The translations under genes were made by a program, and so were the position numbers. The notes beneath the pieces are model-generated. The model saw nothing but the letters and a program-made list of their open reading frames with translations. It was not told where the DNA came from and searched no databases. Shown here one piece after another: positions 1 through 10,151 of a DNA stretch of 64,000 nucleotides (within the stretch, counting starts at the first letter, position 1; the number at the start of each line of letters is the position of its first letter). The stretch comes from Bacteroidota bacterium (GTDB lineage: Bacteria > Bacteroidota > Bacteroidia > AKYH767-A > OLB10): contig JBJOND010000004.1 in NCBI GenBank assembly GCA_046052065.1, positions 5,007-69,006 on the forward strand, in the 5' to 3' direction.

Positions 1-419
1 CAATGTTGATGGCATCAGTAATTGTCATTTCCGAAATAACCTTAACAAATATGTCCTTTGCTGATGAACCAGCATCTTCAGCAGCACGATTAACCGATAA
101 AATCACATCGTCACATTCTTTGCTTAAACCAATGCTTCGTAATTTATCTTCAATCTTCTTCGCATCAGGTGGAAAAGGAATTTTGATTTTGGGATTACCA
201 AAGTAGCCATCAAGTTTAGAAACAGTTGCAGAGCCATTAACAGCTCCTTTACTTAATGCTTCTTTCAACGCTTTACCGGCTTCTTCCTCCGAAAATCCTT
301 TAGGTGTTTGCGGCAACGTCATCTTTTTCTCTGCTTTCTTTTTTAAATCGTTGAAGTTTTGTGCAGAGGCGGTTAATGCTAAAAATGCTAGCGAGATGGA
401 TAAAATTATTGATTTCATA
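1..419 (-). CDS. DUF4197-like secreted protein (N-terminal part; gene runs off the left window edge)
   Basis: My own translation of the minus strand from ATG at 419-417 gives MKSIILSISLAFLALTASAQNFNDLKKKAEKK...LDGYFGNPKIKIPFPPDAKKIEDKLRSIGLSKECDDV. It has a clean signal peptide and stays open to position 1. It is absent from the ORF track only because no stop lies in the window. The family name is by recall of the GNPxIKIP motif. Confidence 0.6.
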
Positions 420-504
420 TTTTGAATTTAATACCTAACGTAAGTTTTGCAATATTAATATATTGATGGATAAATATTCTAATTTTCATTAGATAATTCT
501 AACC

Positions 505-529
505 ATAAAAAAAGGGACTTTCGTCCCTT
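505..529 (-). terminator. Rho-independent terminator downstream of rpoD
   Basis: Stem AAGGGAC (512-518) pairs with GTCCCTT (523-529) around loop TTTC. Read on the minus strand, the hairpin is followed by a T-run (plus-strand A-run 507-511). It sits 7 nt after the rpoD stop codon. Confidence 0.7.
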
Positions 530-536
530 GGTAATC

Positions 537-1397
537 TTATAAATAAGATTTTAAAAATTTATTACTTCTATTGCTTTTTAATTTTCGAAGTGCCCCCTCC
601 TTAATCTGACGAACGCGTTCGCGGGTTAAATGAATATTCAGACTTATCTCATCCAATGACATATTATGTGTATGCCCAATACCAAAAAACATTTTAACAA
701 TTTGAACTTCCTTTGCTGATAGTACACTTAAGTATCTATTAATATCCTCTGACATTGACTCCTGTATCATACTCGTATCAGTATTTACGGTGTCGTTTTC
801 TAAAATATCCAAGAGTGTACTACTGTCCTCGCTACTATCTAATGGTGCATCAATAGAAACTGGCCTTGCAGAAACACGCATTACATCAGTAATATGATTG
901 GTAGAATAATTTAAAACTTCAGCTAGTTCTTCCGCGCTTGGCTCACGTTGAAAATCCTGTTCTAATTTTGAAAACGACTTACGAACTTTATTTAGTGTTC
1001 CGATTTGATTTAATGGTAAACGAACTAATCGAGATTGCTCAGCTATTGATTGTAAAATACTCTGACGAATCCACCAAACAGCATAGGAAATAAACTTAAA
1101 TCCTTTGGTTTCATCAAATCGTTGTGCAGCCTTTATCAAACCTAAATTGCCTTCATTAATTAAGTCGGGTAACCCCAACCCTTGATTTTGATATTGCTTT
1201 GCTACAGAAACGACAAATCGTAAATTAGCTCTCGTCAAGCGATTAAGTGCATCGGCATCTCCATTTCTTATTTTCTGAGCAAGTTCCACCTCTTCTTGAG
1301 GGGTTACCATTTTCTCCTTGCTGATGTCATGAAGATACTTTTCTAAACTTGCACTCTCCCTGTTAGTGATTGATTGGGTAATTTTTAGTTGTCTCAT
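537..1397 (-). CDS. rpoD: RNA polymerase primary sigma factor (sigma-70 family)
   Basis: 286 aa. Sigma-70 regions 2-4 are recognisable: LRFVVSVAKQYQNQGL, DLINEGNLGLIKAAQRFD, YAVWWIRQSI, LTRERVRQIKEGALRKL. The size is typical of the short Bacteroidota housekeeping sigma. Confidence 0.9.
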   Translation of the reverse strand: MRQLKITQSITNRESASLEKYLHDISKEKMVTPQEEVELAQKIRNGDADALNRLTRANLRFVVSVAKQYQNQGLGLPDLINEGNLGLIKAAQRFDETKGFKFISYAVWWIRQSILQSIAEQSRLVRLPLNQIGTLNKVRKSFSKLEQDFQREPSAEELAEVLNYSTNHITDVMRVSARPVSIDAPLDSSEDSSTLLDILENDTVNTDTSMIQESMSEDINRYLSVLSAKEVQIVKMFFGIGHTHNMSLDEISLNIHLTRERVRQIKEGALRKLKSNRSNKFLKSYL

Positions 1398-1636
1398 GGT
1401 GTTGTATGTTTTAGGTTAAAAAAAATGAAATTCAGAAGAACTATTACAAAGCAACTCGCGAATAATAGTTAGTGTTTTAACAAACTAAAAAGTTGCATCT
1501 ACACTACTATCGGATTAGATAAAATAATATTTTAAAGGTAACGGCCTGATAAATTTTAAACTGCAATTAAAATCACCCCAATAAATGACATATCTCAGCG
1601 TTATGTAATTGAGATAATTTGAATACCTTCGTTGTA

Positions 1637-2296
1637 ATGAAAAAATACACCTTTTACTTACTTTTTCTGATGGCCATCCCTCTCTTAGGAATAGCTCAAA
1701 AAAAGGCAGAACAAAAAAATTCGCTTATTCAGTTTTCGGGAGTTGTTGTAAGTAGTGATTCTCTACAGCCAATTCCTTACGCGGCTGTGACAATTCATAA
1801 ATCAGGCAGAGGCACAATTACAGATTTTTATGGCTTCTTTTCTTTTGTTGCAAAAAAAGGTGACACTATCGACTTTCATTATATCGGTTATAAGCCTATT
1901 TTATTTATCATTCCTGATACTTTAAAAGAAGATCGTTATTCACTGATTCAGGTTATGAATCGCGATACCATTTTATTAAAAGAAGCTGTTGTTTATCCTT
2001 GGCCTTCAAAAGAAGAATTTAAAAGAGCTTTCTTAGAACTTAAAATCCCAGATGATGATTTAAAGAGAGCTGAAAAGAATTTACAGCTTGCTGAAATCAA
2101 AGCGATACAGGAAACTGTAGTCTATGATGGTGCAATAAATTATCAATATCAATTGCAACAACGACAATCTAAGCTATACAGCGCCGGACAATATCCTCAA
2201 AATAACTTATTCAACCCTATTGCATGGGCAGCCTTCATCAAAGCTTGGAAAGATGGAAGTCTGAAGAAGAAAGAAGAACCAAAGATTGATGATTAA
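1637..2296 (+). CDS. Secreted carboxypeptidase-regulatory-like domain protein
   Basis: The track start at 1619 is TTG. ATG at 1637 gives the signal peptide MKKYTFYLLFLMAIPLLGIAQ. It is followed by a CarboxypepD_reg-like motif, GVVVSSDSLQPIPYAAVTIHKSGRGTITDFYGFFSF. It overlaps the next gene by 11 nt. Confidence 0.7.
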   Translation: MKKYTFYLLFLMAIPLLGIAQKKAEQKNSLIQFSGVVVSSDSLQPIPYAAVTIHKSGRGTITDFYGFFSFVAKKGDTIDFHYIGYKPILFIIPDTLKEDRYSLIQVMNRDTILLKEAVVYPWPSKEEFKRAFLELKIPDDDLKRAEKNLQLAEIKAIQETVVYDGAINYQYQLQQRQSKLYSAGQYPQNNLFNPIAWAAFIKAWKDGSLKKKEEPKIDD

Positions 2297-4832
2297 AAGA
2301 ATGCTTCGCCAATTATCTTTTTTCAAAGTAATATTAATTAGCTGCCTGACATTTTTAACGACGAATGTTATGGGGCAAGATGGTATTATAAAAGGTATTG
2401 TCAACGACTCCCTACGCAAACCAATTGAGGCATGTAACGTTTCCATCCAAGGTGAATCCAACGGAACAATTACAGATAGCCGTGGCCGTTATGAATTAAA
2501 AATCACACCTTATAAAGAACTAATTGTTGTTTATAGTTTCTTAGGGTATGCGCCTCAAAAATTTACAATAAAACTAACTCCAGGAGAAATAAAAGAACTT
2601 AATGTTCAATTACAATCGACAGTGAAGATGCTCGGACCTGTAAATATATCAGGCGAGAAAAGCAGAGATTTATTAATGACTCCTATTCAACCAAAAACAC
2701 TAGAGCTTATGCCAAGTGCCAGCGGTAATTTTGAGGGTACATTAAAAACATTTCCAGGAGTTGTTTCGAACAATGAATTATCATCTACTTACTCAGTTCG
2801 TGGTGGATCATTTGATGAAAACCTCGTTTATGTAAATGATGTTGAAATTTACAGACCTTTCCTTACGCGAAGCGGTCAACAAGAAGGGTTAAGTTTTATC
2901 AACTCTGACTTAATTGCGAATATCAATTTTAGCTCTGGTGGATTTAATGCGACTTATAGCGACAAGCTTTCTTCTGTACTAGATATCGAATACCGCAAGC
3001 CAGAAAGTTTTGCGGGTACAGCTTATGTAAGTTTTTTAGGAGCAGGATTTCATTTGGAAGGCATATCAAAAAATGAAAAATTTACTTGGCTCTCAGGCTT
3101 CCGCCAGAAGTCGAACCAGTTTTTGCTAAACAACTTAGATACGCGTGGTGAATACCGACCTACTTTCACCGATTTACAATCTTTATTCAACTATCAGTTT
3201 ACAGAGCGCACCTCTTTATCCTTCCTAGGCAATTTATCCATCAACGACTATCGAGTTATTCCAACTTCACGAGAAACAGAATTTGGAAATATTAATGAAG
3301 CCTTGAAGTTTACCGTTTATTTTGGAGGTCAAGAGCAAAATGCCTACTCTACTTCTCAAAGTGCAATAACGTTGAATCATCGTGTGAATGACCGTTTGAA
3401 TTTAAAGTTTATTGGTGCAGGATTTATCACGAAGGAAAAGGAGAACTTTGATATTCTCGGTGAATATTTCATTGATGAGTTAGATAAAGACCTTGGATCT
3501 TCCAATTTTGGAAATGTAGCTTCTAATCGTGGAATAGGCGCTTTTTTAGATCATGCAAGAAATGAGTTACAAGCAAGTGTAACAAGCTTTGAACATAAAG
3601 GAACTTATGTTCAATCGAAATATAATTTTAAGTGGGGAGTAAAAGCACAACACGAAGAAATTGTTGACAATCTTGATGAATGGCAATACCGTGACTCTGC
3701 CGATTTTTCCATTGTCCACCCACCTGACAATCCTGGCGACTCCGTTGATTTTACACAGCAGATTGTATTGAACAATGTTGTAAAAAATAAAATCAATTTA
3801 AACTCTAATCGCTTTAGCAGTTTTTTAAATAGCACATGGCAATTAGGTAGAACTTTAACTTTGTTAGCTGGTGTTCGTGCTACCTATTGGGATTTTAATC
3901 AAGAATTAAATATTAGTCCGAGAGCATCGATTGAATACCGACCTAAAAGCAATAAGTATTTAAAACTAAGAGCTGCTACAGGAGTGTATTATCAACCTCC
4001 TTTCTATAGAGAACTAAGAGGGTTGGATGGAAAAATCAATCCTGATGTTAAGGCGCAGCAATCCATTCATTTTATTGTAGGTGGAGATTACCAATTTTTA
4101 TCATGGGGAAGAGAATTCAAACTAACTGCCGAAGCTTATTACAAAAAAATGAGCAACTTAAATCCGTATAAATTGGAGAATACGCGATTACGTTATCTGG
4201 CAAAAAACAATGCTGACGGATACGCGACAGGGTTAGACTTAAGAGTAAACGGAGAATTTGTTAGTGGAATTGAAAGCTGGGCATCTTTATCATTTTTAAA
4301 AACAGCAGAAGATTTAAATGATGATGGATATTTCAATTATTATAATTCAGAAGGCGATTTAATTATACCGGGATATACTTTCAATAACACGCCTGTTGAT
4401 AGTCAGTTTGTATCACCAGGGAATATTCCGCGTCCTACGGATCAGCGTGTAACATTTAGTTTGTTTTTCCAGGATTATCTTCCTAAATCACCGAGTGTTC
4501 GTATGCACATGACGTTAGTATTCGGAACAGGATTACCATTTGGCCCTCCGGGAAACGATCGTTATAAAGATATTTTAAGAGCTCCGTCCTATCGACGAGT
4601 AGATATTGGGTTTTCGAAAATTCTTATTGATGAAGACAAACCAAATACAAGTCGCTTAAAGGTCATCAGTAAATTAAAATCACTCTCCTTAAGTTTGGAA
4701 GTATTCAACTTATTGCAAGTAAGTAATACCATTTCTTATACATGGATTACCGATGTTACAGGTCGTCAATATGGAATTCCGAATTACTTAACATCCCGCT
4801 TACTAAACTTAAGACTTCAAGCTAAATTTTAA
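2286..4832 (+). CDS. TonB-dependent outer membrane receptor with N-terminal carboxypeptidase-regulatory-like domain
   Basis: 848 aa. It has an N-terminal beta-sandwich ([35 protein letters not shown]) and a plug region ([34 protein letters not shown]). A long barrel ends in an aromatic residue (...LRLQAKF). Confidence 0.85.
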   Translation: MMIKRMLRQLSFFKVILISCLTFLTTNVMGQDGIIKGIVNDSLRKPIEACNVSIQGESNGTITDSRGRYELKITPYKELIVVYSFLGYAPQKFTIKLTPGEIKELNVQLQSTVKMLGPVNISGEKSRDLLMTPIQPKTLELMPSASGNFEGTLKTFPGVVSNNELSSTYSVRGGSFDENLVYVNDVEIYRPFLTRSGQQEGLSFINSDLIANINFSSGGFNATYSDKLSSVLDIEYRKPESFAGTAYVSFLGAGFHLEGISKNEKFTWLSGFRQKSNQFLLNNLDTRGEYRPTFTDLQSLFNYQFTERTSLSFLGNLSINDYRVIPTSRETEFGNINEALKFTVYFGGQEQNAYSTSQSAITLNHRVNDRLNLKFIGAGFITKEKENFDILGEYFIDELDKDLGSSNFGNVASNRGIGAFLDHARNELQASVTSFEHKGTYVQSKYNFKWGVKAQHEEIVDNLDEWQYRDSADFSIVHPPDNPGDSVDFTQQIVLNNVVKNKINLNSNRFSSFLNSTWQLGRTLTLLAGVRATYWDFNQELNISPRASIEYRPKSNKYLKLRAATGVYYQPPFYRELRGLDGKINPDVKAQQSIHFIVGGDYQFLSWGREFKLTAEAYYKKMSNLNPYKLENTRLRYLAKNNADGYATGLDLRVNGEFVSGIESWASLSFLKTAEDLNDDGYFNYYNSEGDLIIPGYTFNNTPVDSQFVSPGNIPRPTDQRVTFSLFFQDYLPKSPSVRMHMTLVFGTGLPFGPPGNDRYKDILRAPSYRRVDIGFSKILIDEDKPNTSRLKVISKLKSLSLSLEVFNLLQVSNTISYTWITDVTGRQYGIPNYLTSRLLNLRLQAKF

Positions 4833-4837
4833 ATTGT

Positions 4838-5176
4838 ATGTCGAATAAGAATAAAGGCAAATCAGGATTAGTGTATTCAACCAATCCGAATTTTCAATAT
4901 CAGGAAGAAGATAACAATCAGGAAACCTTACCACCTCAACAGCAATCGTTGAAGATTTGGTTGGAAAGAAAAGGTGGTGGAAAAATGGTGACAGCTGTAA
5001 AAGGATTTATCGGTAGCGATGATGATTTAGAAGCGTTAGGAAAAATGCTAAAAAGCAAATGTGGTGTTGGAGGAACAGCCAAAGATGGTGAAGTTTTAAT
5101 TCAAGGAGATCACAGAGAAAAAGTACTAGCCTTACTTATCCAAAATGGCTATCAGGCAAAAAAAGCGGGTGGTTAA
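4838..5176 (+). CDS. yciH: Translation initiation factor SUI1/YciH family protein
   Basis: 112 aa. SUI1-type core: [15 protein letters not shown]...[27 protein letters not shown]. Confidence 0.85.
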   Translation: MSNKNKGKSGLVYSTNPNFQYQEEDNNQETLPPQQQSLKIWLERKGGGKMVTAVKGFIGSDDDLEALGKMLKSKCGVGGTAKDGEVLIQGDHREKVLALLIQNGYQAKKAGG

Positions 5177-6007
5177 TTATTTAAGAATTATCTCGTAAAA
5201 GTTTTCTTGTTCTATTCCATCAAAAAATTTTATAGAGGAAAAACAAAAAGACTTTTTAGAAACCCAAGCAAGATTTTCGATTCGCTGTCTTTTTAGATTA
5301 GCGATTGCAAATAAGTTAAGGCAATATTTTTCACACTTGTCTTCTATTTTAATTATTGAAACTTCTGCTTCTTCTTCAAAAATCGAATTAGAATAACTAA
5401 CGATGTAGTCATTTGATTTATTTGGTAAATATTCAATTGTTCCATTGTCACATGAAGATAAATCCGGAATTATTTTTCCTGAATTAAGATCAATTAAATT
5501 AGCAGTAGCATAAGCATCATTTAAATCGACACAACTTATAACTACAATATTTAAATCAGGAATCATTCCCCAGCAAGTAGGCAATACGCCATAAACAAAT
5601 TGAGTATCTTTATTAATGATTTTGTCATCATCTTTTTCAAATTTGGAGGTATACAGATAATGAATATCCTTTGCGTTTACAACTAACTGAGAGTCGGAAA
5701 TTTCATTTACAAATTGATTATTAATTATAGTATCTAAACAATATATTGCTGACTGCATCAACCAAACATAACGCAGTGAGTCTATTGATAAAATTGTAAA
5801 CGATTTATTATTTGCTTCAATTGTCTCATCGTGATCAATATCCAAATCGATTAAAATAGGATTGTTATTATAAATACAATTAGTGTCAAGACTACTATTT
5901 GATTTATTTTTTCGTTGAGCAATAGCCCCCGAACTGATAAGGATAATAATTAAAAAAGCAAAATTACTTTTTCGAAGCATTAATAATTTGCTGATAGTAA
6001 TTTTCAT
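5177..6007 (-). CDS. Hypothetical secreted Cys-containing protein (no family recognised)
   Basis: 276-aa ORF with an N-terminal hydrophobic signal (FAFLIIILISSGAIAQ) and very AT-rich codons. The start is uncertain; the alternative Met at 5980 reduces the overlap with the bshA stop. The gene abuts the yciH stop with zero gap. Confidence 0.55.
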   Translation of the reverse strand: MKITISKLLMLRKSNFAFLIIILISSGAIAQRKNKSNSSLDTNCIYNNNPILIDLDIDHDETIEANNKSFTILSIDSLRYVWLMQSAIYCLDTIINNQFVNEISDSQLVVNAKDIHYLYTSKFEKDDDKIINKDTQFVYGVLPTCWGMIPDLNIVVISCVDLNDAYATANLIDLNSGKIIPDLSSCDNGTIEYLPNKSNDYIVSYSNSIFEEEAEVSIIKIEDKCEKYCLNLFAIANLKRQRIENLAWVSKKSFCFSSIKFFDGIEQENFYEIILK

Positions 6008-7097
6008 AAACCGGCATGATGTGATGAATATCGAATGCCTTTGCTTGCTTCAACGCAGCCTGACGAAATTCAGCAAGCCTTTTATCATCCGTTAAAATCG
6101 CAAGTGCATTCTTAGCCATATCATCTACATCACCAACATTACTCATAAAACCAGTAACACCATTGATGTTTAGTTCTGGCATACCACCAGAGTTCGATGA
6201 AATAACAGGAACCTGACACGCCATTGCTTCAAGTGCTGCTAATCCAAAACTTTCCGTTTCAGAAGGCATCACAAACAAATCAGCAATCGATAAAACCTCT
6301 TCTACCATTTCTTGCTTTCCTAAAAAACGAACTTCATTATAAAATCCTTTTTCACGAGTTAGCTCTTCAATTTTATGTCGCTCCGGTCCATCACCAATCA
6401 TAATCAGTTTGGCAGGAATCTTTGCACGCACACGTTCAAATACGTCAACCACATCTTGCACTCTTTTTACTTTTCGGAAGTTAGAAGTGTGAACAATGAG
6501 TTTTTCATTATCAGGCGTTATCGCTTTTCTAAAATGATCTTTTCGCGATTTAGCAAATCGTTTTAAATCGATGAAGTTGGGAATTACCTCAATCTCTTTA
6601 GTGATTTTAAAATTTGCATAAGTATCTTTTTTCAAGCTTTCTGAAACAGCAGTTACACCATCGGAATGATTGATAGCAAACGTTACTACAGGCTCATAAC
6701 TGGAATCCTTCCCAACAAGCGTTATATCTGTACCATGAAGTGTAGTAACAATTGGAAGATAAAGTCCGTGTGTTTTTAAAATCTGCTGCGCCATATAAGC
6801 CACCGATGCATGAGGGATAGCATAATGTACATGAAGAATGTCTAGCTTTTCATGCAACGCCACATCAACGAGTTTACTTGTTAAGGCAGACTCATAGGGT
6901 ATATAATCAAAAAGTGCATAAGGAGTTGCTGTTACTTCGTGATAGAAAATATTCTCTTTAAATCCATCTAAACGAACAGGCTGGCTATACGTAATAAAAT
7001 GAATCTGATGACCTTTTTCTGCAAGAGCTTTCCCCAATTCGGTAGCCACTACTCCACTACCACCAAATGTTGGATAACAAACAATGCCTATATTCAT
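5964..7097 (-). CDS. bshA: GT4 glycosyltransferase, BshA-type N-acetyl-alpha-D-glucosaminyl L-malate synthase
   Basis: 377 aa. The N-terminus MNIGIVCYPTFGGSGVVATELGKALAEKGHQIHFITY and the GT-B C-terminal motif FVMPSETESFGLAALEAMACQVPVISSNSGGMPE match BshA as I recall it. Confidence 0.75.
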   Translation of the reverse strand: MNIGIVCYPTFGGSGVVATELGKALAEKGHQIHFITYSQPVRLDGFKENIFYHEVTATPYALFDYIPYESALTSKLVDVALHEKLDILHVHYAIPHASVAYMAQQILKTHGLYLPIVTTLHGTDITLVGKDSSYEPVVTFAINHSDGVTAVSESLKKDTYANFKITKEIEVIPNFIDLKRFAKSRKDHFRKAITPDNEKLIVHTSNFRKVKRVQDVVDVFERVRAKIPAKLIMIGDGPERHKIEELTREKGFYNEVRFLGKQEMVEEVLSIADLFVMPSETESFGLAALEAMACQVPVISSNSGGMPELNINGVTGFMSNVGDVDDMAKNALAILTDDKRLAEFRQAALKQAKAFDIHHIMPVYENYYQQIINASKK

Positions 7098-7160
7098 ATA
7101 ACAAAGTTAAGTATTTAAGCGAGAAAAAGTTTAACAACAAAAAGCTGTAAAAGTTTAAGC

Positions 7161-10097
7161 TTATTTTGTAAATGCCTTGTAAAACAACTCCATGATATCC
7201 GTTCGGATATTCTTCTTTGCCAACATGGTATTTTCAGCATCAGGATATACTCGGTTCGATAAAAAAACAAATAAGAAATCATTCTTTGGATCGGCCCATA
7301 CACATGTACCTGTAAAACCTGTATGTCCGAATGTAAACTCTGACGCACTTCTTGCAGCTGGACTCGATTTCTCTTTATTCATCTCTGATTTATCGAAAAT
7401 CAATCCTCTACGGCTACTCGAATTGGGTGCAGCTTTCGTGGTAAATAATTGGATTGTTTCTTTTTTCAGGTAACGCTTTCCATCATACGATCCACCACTC
7501 ATTAACATTTTAAAAATAATCGCTAATGATTCTGCATTAGAAAAAAGTCCAGCATGGCCAGCTACACCACCCATCATGGCTGCTGTAGGATCGTGCACAG
7601 TACCGCGAACTACGCATTTGCGAAATACTTTATCATCTTCAGTTGGTGCTATGGTATTGATATCTGCTTTATCGTATGGATTAAACTGCATTTTCCATAA
7701 TCCCATTGGCTTATAAAAATTATTCGCAACATATTCATCAATTGGCTGTCCGCTGATATGTTCTATAACTTTCTGTAAAATAATCATGCTTAGATCAGAA
7801 TACACCATTGTGCCCGGTGTCTTTACTTCTGATTCAATAATTTGTTTCCAAATCTCTGCTTTGTAACTATCGCTTATAAACAAGCTATCAGCCACTTTAG
7901 TTGAAAAACCTTCTGTCTTTTCTTTTTTGTAGATGCAAGAATCAAGTCCATATTCTCGCTCTGTATTTCGCCAGAAAGCAATGAATGGCTGCAAACCTGC
8001 TTCATGCATCATCAATTGTCGAATAGTAATATCTTTCTTATTAGTATTTCTTAAATCCGATAGATACTTACTTGCTTTTGCATCGAGATCGAGTTTGTTT
8101 TTTTCATACAAATGCATGGCGCATAAACCAGTTGATGCCACCTTGGTTATGGAAGCAATATCGTATAAATCACTATTAGAAACTGCATGCAAACTATCAT
8201 AAGTAAAATATCCATACGATTTATCAAACACCACTTTGTTTCCTACTGCAAATAAAATCTGACAACCAGGAGTAATTTTATTTTGTATTGCATTATTAAT
8301 GATTGAATCAACCGCATCAAACTTAGATGAACTTACATTCAATGCTTCTGGATAAGTAAAACTGTAAACATCGTTAGTAGATGATTTAATTCCATCTCCT
8401 ATACAAACATTATCAGCAATTGAAACAGAAAGATGTCCAGTAAACGACGATGCACCAAATATTTTTTGAGCAGTTAACTTAACTGGGTAATAAGTATCTT
8501 CAAATCCTTCGATAAGCACTTTAACGTGGCTTGTCTTTTTTAACTTAGATAACACATAGGCATTACCGAAAACACATAAAATTGTATTATGCTGACTATT
8601 CAACTTCTCTATTGCTTCCAGCACATCTGATGATAAATTGTAATTTTTAGGCGCATGAATAGTGGTGTTATGCACGCTTACAATTACACGATCATAGTTT
8701 TTTAAACTTGCGATTAACTTGTCTAAATCACGTGCTGAAACATTACGTTGAAAAGCATAACAATCTACTTTTGCATATTTCAATAATTCACTTTGAAATA
8801 CATTATTGATAGAATCATTAAATACAATTGAGGCAATTTTTTTATTCTCATGCACACGAATTGGAATAATGTGATTATCATTTTTCAAAAGTGTAATCGA
8901 TTTGTCGTAAAGGGAGTAAGAAGTATATTCAGAATTTGGATTGTTTAATTCATCAGTTAAATCAGTGAGATCTACGGGTGAATAATTATTCAATCCGACC
9001 CAATATTTTGCCATTAGAATTTTACGAACACGGTTATTTAAATCGACTTCAGCAATAGTACTATCTTCCACTGCGTGAATAATTCTATCTATCCCCTTCT
9101 CGATATTATCCGAATACAATAAAATATCATTACCTGCCTGAAACGCTTTTAACTCCAATTCGCCGGGTTCAAAAAAATCAGAAACGCCCTTCATATTCAA
9201 GGCATCTGTAAAGACTAATCCATTAAATCCTTCTTTCCCTTTTAATAAGCTGTCTACTACTAATGGCGATAGACTACAAGCTTTCTTTCCTGTAGAATCA
9301 AGAGCAGGGACATATAAGTGAGCAACCATTACAGAGGCTACACCTTTTCTTATAAGCTGACGAAAAGGATAAAGCTCTACTGAATCCAATTGCAAAGAGT
9401 CTGCCGTGACCACTGGTAATTCATAATGAGAATCAGTGCTAGTATTACCATGTCCTGGAAAATGCTTTGCGCAGGCTAACACATGTTCTGATTGCATCCC
9501 TAACATGTATTCCATTCCAAATTGCGTTACCTCTTCGCGACGCTCACCAAAAGAACGATTACAAATAATAGGATTAGCAGGATTTGTATTTATATCAACA
9601 GCCGGAGCAAAATTTATATGTATGCCTAATCGCTTACAATTTTGAGCAATTGATTTGCCCATCACATTAGCCAAATTTGGACTACCAGATGCCGCTAGAG
9701 TCATTTGTCGCGGGTATCTAACGGTACTGTCTAACCGCATTTGCAATCCCCACTCCCCATCAATTCCAATCATTAGTGGAATCCTCGATTTAGCTTGCAA
9801 GTCGTTTGTAAGTATAGCCTGACGAAATGGAGTACCTTTAAAGAAAATGATACCTCCCAATTTATACTTGTTCACTTTCTCTGCAATTTCTCGCTCGTAG
9901 TATGCTTCGCGATTTGAAAAAACATTAATCATAAAAAGCTGACCCACTTTTTCATCGATAGACATTGTGTTTAACAATGAATCTGCCCATCGGGCACCAT
10001 CAACAGAATAATAAGCAGGTGTATATTTAATGTTTTGTGCAACAATAGTTTTAACTGAACAAATCAGAAAAAACAAAATACAATAGGCAATCCTCAA
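7161..10097 (-). CDS. Fusion protein: glycoside hydrolase family 3 (NagZ-like beta-N-acetylhexosaminidase) N-terminal half + serine hydrolase/beta-lactamase-fold C-terminal half
   Basis: 978 aa with a signal peptide. It carries the GH3 motif AKHFPGHGNTSTDSH and the class C/PBP-like SxxK motif LYDIASITKVAS. HEAGL and GHTGFTG lie further downstream. Confidence 0.85.
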   Translation of the reverse strand: MRIAYCILFFLICSVKTIVAQNIKYTPAYYSVDGARWADSLLNTMSIDEKVGQLFMINVFSNREAYYEREIAEKVNKYKLGGIIFFKGTPFRQAILTNDLQAKSRIPLMIGIDGEWGLQMRLDSTVRYPRQMTLAASGSPNLANVMGKSIAQNCKRLGIHINFAPAVDINTNPANPIICNRSFGERREEVTQFGMEYMLGMQSEHVLACAKHFPGHGNTSTDSHYELPVVTADSLQLDSVELYPFRQLIRKGVASVMVAHLYVPALDSTGKKACSLSPLVVDSLLKGKEGFNGLVFTDALNMKGVSDFFEPGELELKAFQAGNDILLYSDNIEKGIDRIIHAVEDSTIAEVDLNNRVRKILMAKYWVGLNNYSPVDLTDLTDELNNPNSEYTSYSLYDKSITLLKNDNHIIPIRVHENKKIASIVFNDSINNVFQSELLKYAKVDCYAFQRNVSARDLDKLIASLKNYDRVIVSVHNTTIHAPKNYNLSSDVLEAIEKLNSQHNTILCVFGNAYVLSKLKKTSHVKVLIEGFEDTYYPVKLTAQKIFGASSFTGHLSVSIADNVCIGDGIKSSTNDVYSFTYPEALNVSSSKFDAVDSIINNAIQNKITPGCQILFAVGNKVVFDKSYGYFTYDSLHAVSNSDLYDIASITKVASTGLCAMHLYEKNKLDLDAKASKYLSDLRNTNKKDITIRQLMMHEAGLQPFIAFWRNTEREYGLDSCIYKKEKTEGFSTKVADSLFISDSYKAEIWKQIIESEVKTPGTMVYSDLSMIILQKVIEHISGQPIDEYVANNFYKPMGLWKMQFNPYDKADINTIAPTEDDKVFRKCVVRGTVHDPTAAMMGGVAGHAGLFSNAESLAIIFKMLMSGGSYDGKRYLKKETIQLFTTKAAPNSSSRRGLIFDKSEMNKEKSSPAARSASEFTFGHTGFTGTCVWADPKNDFLFVFLSNRVYPDAENTMLAKKNIRTDIMELFYKAFTK

Positions 10098-10151
10098 TTT
10101 AAGGCGTATTAACTAATTAACTACTAAAATGTAAACTTATTTCACTAACTA

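Noticed and set aside
3-206. Plus-strand 67-aa ORF from the track at the left edge
   Set aside because: The opposite strand encodes a much more convincing protein with a signal peptide and a DUF4197-like motif, running from 419 to the window edge. The plus-strand ORF is an antisense artefact.
1398-1618. 221-bp divergent intergenic region upstream of rpoD, examined for a riboswitch, an sRNA or a clear TAnnTTTG promoter
   Set aside because: I could find no exact promoter consensus, convincing hairpin or conserved riboswitch core by eye. I left it unannotated.
7161-10097. Beta-lactamase-fold domain as an antibiotic-resistance determinant
   Set aside because: The domain is fused to a GH3 glycosidase in a core-genome context. 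The serine-hydrolase fold alone does not indicate beta-lactamase activity, and there is no mobile context.
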